From an uncultured Gammaproteobacteria bacterium (GTDB taxonomy: Bacteria; Pseudomonadota; Gammaproteobacteria; Chromatiales; Chromatiaceae), in assembly GCA_963820955.1 (NCBI GenBank), contig CAWGCA010000018.1, forward strand, positions 376-64,375: a DNA stretch of 64,000 nt. Direction: 5' to 3'. The position numbers and the translations under genes are program-made. The stretch's first letter is position 1; every line of letters starts with the position of its first letter. Under the pieces are notes generated by a model, which was not told where the DNA came from, searched no databases, and was given only the letters and a program-made list of their open reading frames with translations. Below, piece by piece: positions 29,601 through 37,746 of this stretch.

Positions 29601-30063
29601 CGTCGGATTTTTCCAGCTCGAGATCGGCCCGGGTCATGGCCATGCCCAGGTCTGCCTCTTTCAGCTTGTTCAGCAGCTTGTTCAGCAACGGCCCAGACTC
29701 CTTGATCTCGAAATAGGGCGTCAGCTCCTTTTGCAGTTGCGCTTCGTATCTGAAGGGGTAATAGGTAGCCGATTCCTCGACAAAGAAATCGAACGGATTG
29801 ATGGTAACCATGTCCGCGACCAGGTTTACATCCACGATCAGCTTCTTGGTCTTTTCCGGAAACACATACCGGGCGATGAAATTGCCGAAAGGGTCCTGCT
29901 GCCAGTTGAGGTAGTGAGTCTCGGGCTCCACCTTCAGGGAGAAATGATGCAGCGGCGTGCGGGTATGCGGCGCGGGGCGCAGCCGGACCGTGTGTGGGGA
30001 AAGACTGACCAACCGGTCGTACTGGTATTCGGTACGATGATGTATGGCAACGCGAACTGACAT
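26662..30063 (-). CDS. Large transglutaminase-family protein (Bact_transglu_N + transglutaminase core + DUF2126-type C-terminal region)
   Basis: 1133 aa. The N-terminus is [30 protein letters not shown], and the core reads [29 protein letters not shown] ... [22 protein letters not shown]. Confidence 0.88.
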   Translation of the reverse strand: [1133 protein letters not shown]

Positions 30064-30539
30064 GGTGCGTGAGTCGTCCTGAAGTGGTGCGAAAAGGCTC
30101 AGAATGCCCTGTATAACTCCTCAGCTTACAATATCACGCAGATTTCATGCCAGAATTATTCCGGGTCATTCGCTGAAATTAGCGTTCAGATAGCAAGATA
30201 TATCGGACATCGGGGTGGCCAGGTTGCTGCCATCACATCCGCCAGCGCTCGATTGAACCCTGAGCCGATTCCGTGCGGCAGAGCGACACCTATGGATACG
30301 CCGGTCGTTTGGTTCGTAAAATAAGCGAATTGGACAACTTTCGTGCCGGAAAATGTCGGACTGAGTAGTTGATGGCTCAGGGGGCTTTACCAATGCCTTG
30401 GGTTGACTCCATACTGAGGACGGTTTGTTTCGATCTTTCCAGCTGACCCAGGATCTGTCGCTGCCCTGAGAAAGCCCCTTGATGGCATTAATCGGAGCAT
30501 GCTTGAACTATAATTGGAACATTAAACGCAGGAATTTTC

Positions 30540-31337
30540 ATGACCTATTGTCTTGGTCTATGTCTTGAAGAGGGGTTGGTATTCGCCTCGGATTCACGCA
30601 CCAACGCCGGTGTGGATTACGTGACCACCTACAGCAAAATGCACGTTTTCAATCCGACCCCTGAACGGTTGTTCGTCATCCTTTCTGCCGGCAATCTGGC
30701 CACAACCCAGGAGGTGATGAATCATATCCAGCGGGATTTGGATTATCCCCCGGGCCACGGCACTAACCTGGCCTCGGTCCGTTACCTGTTCGAGGCGGCG
30801 GAATATGTGGGCGCAATCAGTCTTCAGGTGCAACAGGAACACAATAATGCGCTTGCCCAGTCCGGTGTGAGTGGCGAGACTACGCTGATCATAGGTGGGC
30901 AGATCGCCGGGCAGCCTCACGGTCTGATGCTGATTTATCCCCAGGGTAATTACATCAATGCCTCGCCGGAGACGCCTTATCTACAGATCGGTGAAAGCAA
31001 GTACGGCAAGCCCGCCTTAGATCGGATCGTCAGTCCGTCGCTGTCTCTGACCGAAGGTGCCCGCCTCTGTCTGGTTTCGCTGGACGCAACCACTCGCTCC
31101 AATATTACCGTAGGACCACCGTTCGAGGTGTCGCTTTATAAAAAGGAAAGTTTTGCTGTCTCCTGTCGCTGTACCTTCGACGCTCAGGATCCCTATCTGA
31201 TTCAACTGCGTCAGGCTTGGAATTCAGGCATACGAAACGCATTTTTGGGTCTTCCGGTCTTTGATTGGGAGCAGCAGCAATCGCTTGGATTGCCTCTGCA
31301 GCAGCAGGCGCAGGGGACCTTCAACCAGGAGAATTAG
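30540..31337 (+). CDS. Anbu-type proteasome-like peptidase (Ntn hydrolase, ancestral beta subunit family)
   Basis: MTYCLGLCLEEGLVFASDSRTNAGVDYV has Thr directly after the initiator Met. The gene is divergent from the transglutaminase/ATP-grasp operon. Confidence 0.85.
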   Translation: MTYCLGLCLEEGLVFASDSRTNAGVDYVTTYSKMHVFNPTPERLFVILSAGNLATTQEVMNHIQRDLDYPPGHGTNLASVRYLFEAAEYVGAISLQVQQEHNNALAQSGVSGETTLIIGGQIAGQPHGLMLIYPQGNYINASPETPYLQIGESKYGKPALDRIVSPSLSLTEGARLCLVSLDATTRSNITVGPPFEVSLYKKESFAVSCRCTFDAQDPYLIQLRQAWNSGIRNAFLGLPVFDWEQQQSLGLPLQQQAQGTFNQEN

Positions 31338-31406
31338 ACCGTTTCTTCTTCTTCGGTGGCCGTCAGCACCAATCCATGGGTCTTAACGGATTCTTTCTGG
31401 CGCTGT

Positions 31407-32663
31407 TCAACTTCCTCCGTGTGCGCTGGCCTGGTCTAGAGGTTGCGACAATCGCGCCAGCGGGCGCTCATCAATAGGCATATGCACCAGTGCAGCGAGC
31501 AGTCCGAGGGCGACGCCTACCCACCAGACGGCGTCGTAAGTGCCTGTGATATCGAAGAGATATCCGCCAAGCCAGACACCGAGAAAACTACCGACTTGAT
31601 GACTGAAGAATACGATGCCGAAAAGCGTCGCCAGATAACGTAAGCCGAACACCTGACCAACGATTCCTGTTGTCAGGGGCACTGTTGATAACCAGAGCAG
31701 GCCCATACAGGCGGCGAAGATATAAATAGTCCATTCGGTTTTCGGGAAGACCATTAGGCCGGTGATCGCTGCGGCCCGCAAAAGGTAGATCCAACTCAAA
31801 CTGGTCTTTTTACTCTTGCGCTGACCTATTGCGCCTGATCCAAAAGAGCCCGCGATATTGAAAAGACCGATCAGTGCCAGGGAAATGGCCCCTACCGATC
31901 CGGAAAATCCAAGATCTGTTACATAGGCTGGGAAATGAACAGTGATGAATGCGACATGGAAACCACAGACGAAAAATCCGGATGTCAGCAGCAGGTAGCC
32001 TCGGTGTGCGATTGCTTCCCGCAATGCATCGCTCAGTGTCTGGTCCGACATGGCTTCTCCGATCGCCTCTGTCCTCTGCGGAATCAGCGTCGCCATGGGA
32101 ATTATCAATAGCGCCAGGCCAGCCAGTATGAGCAGCGCGCTGTGCCAGCCGTAGAAGGAGATGAACGACTGACTGATGGGTGAAAAGATCACCTGCCCCA
32201 GTGATCCCGCAGCGGTGCCCAGGCCAAGTGCCAGGGAGCGCTTGTCGGGACCCACTACTTTGGCGATGGCAGAGAGGGCTATGGCGAATCCGGTAAAGGC
32301 GATTCCCAATCCGATCAGCACGCCACCGAAAAGATACAGCAGCGTGGCCGATTCCGCCATCGCCATGCCATAGATGCCGGCACAATAAGCGATGGAACCG
32401 ACTACCAGCACCGGTGCGGCGCCCCGACGGTCTGCAATCGCCCCGGCGACCGGTACGCCAATGCCCCAAAACAGGTTCTGGATTGCCATAGCAAGGGCGA
32501 AGGTCTCGCGACCCCAACCGTTCGCCAGCGTCATCGGTTCAAGGAACAGCCCGAAGGTCGAGCGAATACCAAACCCGGTCAGTGCGACAAGGCAACCTAT
32601 GGTGACAATGACGGCCGGTTTTCGCCACCAAAGACCATATGCATTGGCAGTGGTATTTGACAT
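31407..32663 (-). CDS. MFS transporter
   Basis: 418 aa with about 12 hydrophobic helices and the loop 2-3 motif GAIADRRG. Confidence 0.85.
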   Translation of the reverse strand: MSNTTANAYGLWWRKPAVIVTIGCLVALTGFGIRSTFGLFLEPMTLANGWGRETFALAMAIQNLFWGIGVPVAGAIADRRGAAPVLVVGSIAYCAGIYGMAMAESATLLYLFGGVLIGLGIAFTGFAIALSAIAKVVGPDKRSLALGLGTAAGSLGQVIFSPISQSFISFYGWHSALLILAGLALLIIPMATLIPQRTEAIGEAMSDQTLSDALREAIAHRGYLLLTSGFFVCGFHVAFITVHFPAYVTDLGFSGSVGAISLALIGLFNIAGSFGSGAIGQRKSKKTSLSWIYLLRAAAITGLMVFPKTEWTIYIFAACMGLLWLSTVPLTTGIVGQVFGLRYLATLFGIVFFSHQVGSFLGVWLGGYLFDITGTYDAVWWVGVALGLLAALVHMPIDERPLARLSQPLDQASAHGGS

Positions 32664-32829
32664 CGACTAAGGTATCGAAGCGGGTTTGGTAATCGAGAAG
32701 TTAGTGCGTAAGGGCATTACCGATGACAATAGATAGCACCCGAAAATATATCTACAATAAAATATCTGGGGTATTGTCGCGCCGCGAAATCAGAAGGTCT
32801 GGACTCGACTATTCCGTTTCTATCTACTA

Positions 32830-32979
32830 GGGTACTTCGAAAAATCCCTGCATGAGATTTTTCGATACGGTGATCGAAAAGCGCGATTTTCGACCACCTT
32901 CAATTTCATGCGCTTACGCGCACGGAAATAGCGGTGCGTCCCTGCGCCACCAGGGCAACTCGAATTTTTCGAGGTGCCC
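32830..32979 (+). mobile_element. MITE-like element, family A copy 1 (150 bp)
   Basis: The ends are GGGTACTTCGAAAAAT ... ATTTTTCGAGGTGCCC. The shared core is TTTCATGCGCTTACGCGCACGGAAATAG...TCCCTGCGCCAC. Confidence 0.7.
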
Positions 32980-33066
32980 TCAAGATGATACGTCTTTACA
33001 CTGTATGGGTACCTTGATTTTCAAGTTGCCCTTTACAGAAATGTCCGTGGACATTCAGTAGTAAAT

Positions 33067-33284
33067 CAGTGCTGTCCCATTAAGTTGCGTTACATATAAC
33101 TGGAACGCATTGACACGACAGCTCTTTCATAGTGATTAGTTGCGGCATAGACATGAATTTGAACACTGATGTTCGTCATTCCGGAAAGTGCGAAGCACTT
33201 GTCCGGAATCCAGGTTTTTCAATGCGTTCACTGGATGCCGGATCAAGTCCGGCATGACGGTTGGAGGTTAATGGGACAGCAGTG
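33067..33284. mobile_element. MITE-like element (family E) with 17-bp TIRs and a perfect 9-bp target-site duplication; carries a short family-B-like module inside
   Basis: The left TIR CAGTGCTGTCCCATTAA (33067-33083) matches the reverse complement of 33268-33284 at 16 of 17 positions. The direct repeat GTAGTAAAT lies immediately outside both ends (33058-33066 and 33285-33293). The interior contains GTTCGTCATTCCGG...CCGGCATGACGG. Confidence 0.75.
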
Positions 33285-33321
33285 GTAGTAAATATCAAAA
33301 TCGAGCGTTCTCTTTCCCCGC

Positions 33322-33663
33322 TTAGTGCTCGTGCGGCTTTGGTGGCGGAAGGGGGCGATCGGCAAGATAATTGGCGATGGCTGTCGGTGGATCGGTTTCT
33401 CCAGTCGCGATGACGCGGACACTCTTTGCTGACATACGCCGGATAAACCCCTCACCGCAGCCGCCAGTGATGAGCACATCTAGATCATCCAGTGGATGCC
33501 CATCACCACGGAATTCGTGCATGGACATCTCTTTGGGCAGATCCAGACGTTCAACCTCTTTGAAATCGGATGCTTGGTCAGATTCATAGATCAGAAAACG
33601 TCGTGTCTTACCTGCATGTCCAGTAATGGTACGGAAATTCTGACTGGTCACACCAATTTTCAT
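33322..33663 (-). CDS. NifB/NifX-family (dinitrogenase FeMo-cofactor-binding fold) small protein
   Basis: 113 aa reading MKIGVTSQNFRTITGHAGKTRRFLIYE ... LDVLITGGCGEGFIRRMSAKSVRVI, the typical pattern of this family. Confidence 0.8.
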   Translation of the reverse strand: MKIGVTSQNFRTITGHAGKTRRFLIYESDQASDFKEVERLDLPKEMSMHEFRGDGHPLDDLDVLITGGCGEGFIRRMSAKSVRVIATGETDPPTAIANYLADRPLPPPKPHEH

Positions 33664-34154
33664 GTTGATACCTTTCTTTCAAGTGTTGCTCGAACAAAAC
33701 ATGGGGGCGCCAGGAGCTTTTAACAGATTCTTCTCTGACGCTCTTCGTGTACCGGGATGTCTTGCTGTTGTCGAAGACATACAAATATTTCAATAAAATA
33801 TTCAGACGTTGTGGCCGGACAATCTAAACAGAAAAATGGCCAGTATTATCGTGGTCAATATGGCAGGGCCCAGGAGCCATGCCGAGGCCAAAAAAATCCT
33901 GGCAAGGCGTTTGTATAGGGAGATTCGTTGTTGTTTCGCCTGCTGCGGCAGGTTTCGTGCAATATATCGATCTGTCCTTTGGCTGGGCCATTGAAGTTGC
34001 ACCCTGGTATCAAAGGCCGGTTTTACTATATGCAAAGACACGATACTTTCCCTGACCACTTGCGGCATTGTTGAGCGAAATACTATGTCTTCTCTCCTTC
34101 AGTCATCATTGCGAATTCGCAATTTCCCTCGTTAAAACATGGTTACTTATTTGA

Positions 34155-34303
34155 GGCCACCTCGAAAATTTTAGGTGCTCGTGTGGTGCAGGGATGCGCC
34201 ACTATTTTCGTGCGCGTAAGCGCATGAAAATGAGAGCGATAAGAAATCGCGCGTTTCGATCGCCGTATCGAAAGTCCCATGGAATAAATTTTTCGAAGTA
34301 CCC
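34155..34303 (-). mobile_element. MITE-like element, family A copy 2
   Basis: The reverse complement aligns end to end with copy 1 (GGGTACTTCGAAAAATTTATTCCATGGGAC ... CACCTAAAATTTTCGAGGTGGCC). Confidence 0.7.
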
Positions 34304-34309
34304 TTAATC

Positions 34310-34530
34310 GCAATGGCACTGACTTAAGCCAAAATGACTGGTAATAGTGTTATTCCCGCGGAGCCTGTGCCGGACTTGATCCGGTAGCGGGAATCCAGAA
34401 TGTGCGGAATTTGAGCAAACTGGATTCCATCCTTAGGTTCGTGAACGGTGCTTCCCTGCACCACTGCTCTGGGTCTCCACTTCGTTCCGCCCGGAATGAC
34501 GGTTTTCTTGTCTTAAGTCAGTGCCATTGC
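34310..34530. mobile_element. MITE-like element, family B variant, 19-bp perfect TIRs
   Basis: GCAATGGCACTGACTTAAG (34310-34328) is the exact reverse complement of 34512-34530. The flanking 9-mers CCCTTAATC and CCCGTAAGC match at 7 of 9 positions and may be a decayed TSD. The interior shares CCTTAGGTTCGTGAACGGTGCTTCCCTGCACCAC with family B. The element abuts A copy 2. Confidence 0.65.
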
Positions 34531-34781
34531 CCGTAAGCACTCAGACAGATGAAACGGTTGAAGTGGAGGGCAGGCAAAGGATCTGATGGAGTTTTCGGGA
34601 ACATCCTTTCGGCGACTGACAAGAAATTGATGCAATGCTGCCCGCGAATTCTATTTTGCGTCAATCGTAGTGTCGATCGAAATTCGTTGGGCGAAGACCG
34701 GCTGCGCGAGCTTCTGTCGGGAAGCAGAAATGCAACTGGAAGAGATCAATTTGGGTGACTTCTGCTTCCCTCAAAAGAGAG

Positions 34782-36251
34782 TCAGTCAACGGCTTGGCAG
34801 TGCCAGTTTTCTGTAGAAAGACTTTTCGATTGTGCAGTTTCGAGCAATTCCTGCAACCAATCAGAAGGGCCGGCAATATAGACGTCTACATGGGGCGTAC
34901 CGGAAAGGGCAGCTGCCAGCAACTCAGTCAAATCGGCGATACTGGTGTCGGCCGAGATGGCGGTATAGAGAAAATTTTCCAGGGAGTCGTTCCAGGCGCG
35001 GCAGAGATTGTCGAGGGACGAACCGCTCGGATAGCAGCCGACCTGGATCAGATGCAGTCCCTCGAAATTATCGATGTTGATTGCCTGCTCAAGCAAACTC
35101 TTGATCGGAGCAAAGCCCTTACCATTGGCCAGGAACAGCGCTGGAGCCGTGGAATCCTTCTGCAGCACGAAATGGCCTACCGGACCCTTAAGCAGCACAG
35201 TCTGTTTAGTCAGAATTGCGTTGAAAACATTGTCACTCAATATGTCGCCGGGTTTGTGGGTAACCAGGAACTGGAGGTTGCGTCCGTCGCAGGGACAACT
35301 TGCGATGTAAAGGTCGGAAGCGATACCGTCTTCGGTAACGAACTCTACCTGTTGGCCTGCCTTGAAACGAAGTGTCTGGCTGCGAGGAGTTTGGATATGC
35401 AACAGTGCCAGTTTATCTCCCTCCCGCGTGATTTTACGGACAACGGCGCGAATCTCCTGGTAAGGAAGATCCTCTTCCATGCCTGCCTCACTGGCTTCAA
35501 TCACCAGCTCGGAGTCAGCGGTATAGCAACAGGCGAGGATATAGCCCTCCTGCTGTTCCCTTGCACTGAGCAGATAGTCATGATCGTGTATCTTGTAAAT
35601 GCCTCCGGAGAGCACCTTGCACTTGCACTTACCGCAGTTGTGGCTGGAGCAGCCATAGTCAAGATAAAATCCGGCTTTCAGTCCGGCTTCCAGAATGGTG
35701 TCGCTGCCTTCGAGCAAGAACTCGTGACCACTTGGGAGAATGCGCACACTGGTGGAGACGAGCTGCGGTAGCGTTTCTTTGGCTATGGGGGTAACAGTGG
35801 CATTGCTGGTTCCCTTCATGCGCTGCAACACCCTCTTCAATTGGATGATGCACTGCTTCACGCTATTCTGCCGTCGCTCCTCAGGTCCTTCCACAGACCT
35901 TAGCAGTTCATCCAGTGCGTCCTCTACCAGTATTTCCGATGCGTTGAGCGTTGACTTGGTATGTACCAGGGCGCGATGCAGCTCTTTCAATCGACGCTTC
36001 AGCATGTCAGGGTCGGGCACCCAGCCGTCGCTGTAGCTGCTCTTCGGTCGGGCATTGGCCTTGATGTGCTGTATTCGATCCAGCGTCGAGTCTGCTTCGA
36101 TATCTATATGGGGATAAATTTCGAGCAGCAAATCCATTGTGAGTTTACCCTCGAAGGTATTTACGTCTTCTTCCCTGATCTTGTTTTGAATCTCACTTCG
36201 CGTGACACCAGCCAGGCGGGCGGCGCGGGAGATAGAAAGCAGTTTCGGCAT
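34782..36251 (-). CDS. Fusion protein: N-terminal MerR/excisionase-type HTH + coiled coil + plant-type [2Fe-2S] ferredoxin + FNR-like FAD/NAD(P)-binding reductase
   Basis: The HTH is LLSISRAARLAGVTRSEIQNKI. The Cys cluster is CSSHNCGKCKCKV...ACC. The FNR-like elements are RFKAGQQVEF, LKGPVGHF and LFLANGKGFAPIKSLL. ATG 36251 is preferred over TTG 36260. Confidence 0.8.
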   Translation of the reverse strand: MPKLLSISRAARLAGVTRSEIQNKIREEDVNTFEGKLTMDLLLEIYPHIDIEADSTLDRIQHIKANARPKSSYSDGWVPDPDMLKRRLKELHRALVHTKSTLNASEILVEDALDELLRSVEGPEERRQNSVKQCIIQLKRVLQRMKGTSNATVTPIAKETLPQLVSTSVRILPSGHEFLLEGSDTILEAGLKAGFYLDYGCSSHNCGKCKCKVLSGGIYKIHDHDYLLSAREQQEGYILACCYTADSELVIEASEAGMEEDLPYQEIRAVVRKITREGDKLALLHIQTPRSQTLRFKAGQQVEFVTEDGIASDLYIASCPCDGRNLQFLVTHKPGDILSDNVFNAILTKQTVLLKGPVGHFVLQKDSTAPALFLANGKGFAPIKSLLEQAINIDNFEGLHLIQVGCYPSGSSLDNLCRAWNDSLENFLYTAISADTSIADLTELLAAALSGTPHVDVYIAGPSDWLQELLETAQSKSLSTENWHCQAVD

Positions 36252-36393
36252 GGGATCCAATCCCTATTTTACTGGCATTGACGATTACTATAGCTTGCTC
36301 TCGTATGGTGGAGTTGGCAACCCGTCCAAGGTCACCAGTAAACTGAAGAAGCTGCCAAACGTTAGTGGTAAGGGACAGCGCAATTTAGCTGAG

Positions 36394-36543
36394 GGGTACT
36401 TCGAAAAATCTCCTCCATGGGATTACTCGATAGGGCAATCTAAGAGCGCGATTTCCGACCGCCTTTATTTTCATGCGGTTACGCGCACGAAAACAGTGAT
36501 GTGTCCCTGCGCCACAAAGGTAACTCGAATTTTTTCGAGGCGC
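36394..36543 (+). mobile_element. MITE-like element, family A copy 3
   Basis: GGGTACTTCGAAAAATCTCCTCCATGGGATT ... TCCCTGCGCCACAAAGGTAACTCGAATTTTTTCGAGGCGC. Confidence 0.7.
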
Positions 36544-36603
36544 TTTGTATAACCCAATTCACCAAATTGCTGTTATTCGCAGGGGGTGGCGAAAGCCCGT
36601 CCG

Positions 36604-36936
36604 CTAACGAAATAGCATCGAATAGGGGCGCTCGATTTCACGAACCATGTCATCCAGGCTGAACCCCCGCGCTTTTCGGTGGCTCTCTTTTCCATCGATA
36701 TAGGTAATCAGTGTCGGGATTGTGAATACTGTCTGCTGGGCCGCTAACGCGGGGCTGGCCTGACAATCCACTTCGGCCACCGCCACTTCGTTGAAGTGGG
36801 TCTCCAGTAGTTCATACAGTTTTGGTTTTAGCGCTTTGCATAGATGACAGTCGGGACCTGTGAAATATACTGCACACATCAGGTTGTATCGTATGAAATC
36901 GGAAAACCCCTTTCTATCATTGAGTATTCTAGACAA
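36604..36936 (-). CDS. Thioredoxin-family protein
   Basis: The CxxC sits in the context AVYFTGPDCHLCKALKP, with FTIPTLITYIDGKE (the cis-Pro region). The start is a TTG 9 nt after GAGGAG. Confidence 0.8.
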   Translation of the reverse strand: MSRILNDRKGFSDFIRYNLMCAVYFTGPDCHLCKALKPKLYELLETHFNEVAVAEVDCQASPALAAQQTVFTIPTLITYIDGKESHRKARGFSLDDMVREIERPYSMLFR

Positions 36937-37262
36937 AGGTTATACTCCTCGATCATGAACGGACAACAGTGTTTATGCTCAAGCGGCTGAAACATCTCTC
37001 GTGCCTGTTGGGTGAATGAAATCTGGTCAGGTTTCCCATCGGAAAAATTATTTGCGCCGCTCTGTAACCGCCGATATTTAAGGCGAAAACTGCTTTTACA
37101 CCTCACCCTTAGGATACATCGGTTGAATTCGCTTCTCCATGACAAGCAATTGTTGGAAAAACAGCTATATTGTGTATATAACTAAGTATACTAGTAGGAA
37201 ATAGATTGTTCAGTAGTGAGGACATAAGCGGTTAAGAATTATCATGAAAAAGGAGCATACCG

Positions 37263-37616
37263 ATGATGACGGGTATCTATGAAAACCCTGTCCGTGGCAT
37301 TCCCGGCTATCCCAATGCGCCGGAAGACTGGAATGAGAATGAGGCGGCAAAAATCGCTCAGATCGAGGGTATAGAACTCGGTCCGGATCATTGGGATCTG
37401 TTGCGAGCCCTGCAGGAGTATTTCTCCAAACAAAGCACGCCGGAGACAAACGCCCGTGATCTGCACGATGCACTGGATGAAAAATTTCACCTGAAGGGAG
37501 GTATGCGGTATCTGTACGTGTTATTACCGAAAGGTCCGGTGGCGCAAGGCTGTCGGTTTGCCGGCCTGCCGGTCCCGGCTGGCGCCATCGATAGATCTTT
37601 TGGAAGTGTCAAGTAA
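37263..37616 (+). CDS. TusE/DsrC/DsvC-family protein, atypical C-terminus
   Basis: GYPNAPEDWNENEAAKIAQIEGIELGPDHWDLLRALQEYF and YLYVLLPKGPVAQGCRFAGLPVPAG follow the family pattern. It ends AGAIDRSFGSVK where P(T)GC(V)-stop is expected. Confidence 0.85.
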   Translation: MMTGIYENPVRGIPGYPNAPEDWNENEAAKIAQIEGIELGPDHWDLLRALQEYFSKQSTPETNARDLHDALDEKFHLKGGMRYLYVLLPKGPVAQGCRFAGLPVPAGAIDRSFGSVK

Positions 37617-37746
37617 GGTACAGATGTCGCGGGTCCGATTCCCAGCATTAGAATACCAGGAAAGTATCAATCGCGTCGTGGCAGGGGATGGGGGCTGTCC
37701 TGTGATATGAATTGGAAAGGACGGGGGTATTCGGCCGCCAGGCGCT

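Noticed and set aside
30500-30535. TGGAAC-N5-ACGC (GG-N10-GC) sigma54-like match and a TATAAT just upstream of the Anbu gene
   Set aside because: The GC element lies only ~10 nt before the ATG, leaving no room for a leader and RBS. The -12 half is poor, and the TATAAT has no acceptable -35 at 16-18 nt.
32852-33061. ORFs of 69-116 aa at 32852-33061, 36202-36552, 44216-44428 and 60050-60298
   Set aside because: All are read-through of family A MITE copies. The same DNA recurs in both orientations and with indels that would break a reading frame.
33802-34068. 88-aa minus-strand ORF with one C-terminal hydrophobic helix
   Set aside because: The only support is a hydrophobic stretch. There is no RBS or family signal, and it sits in a MITE-dense spacer.
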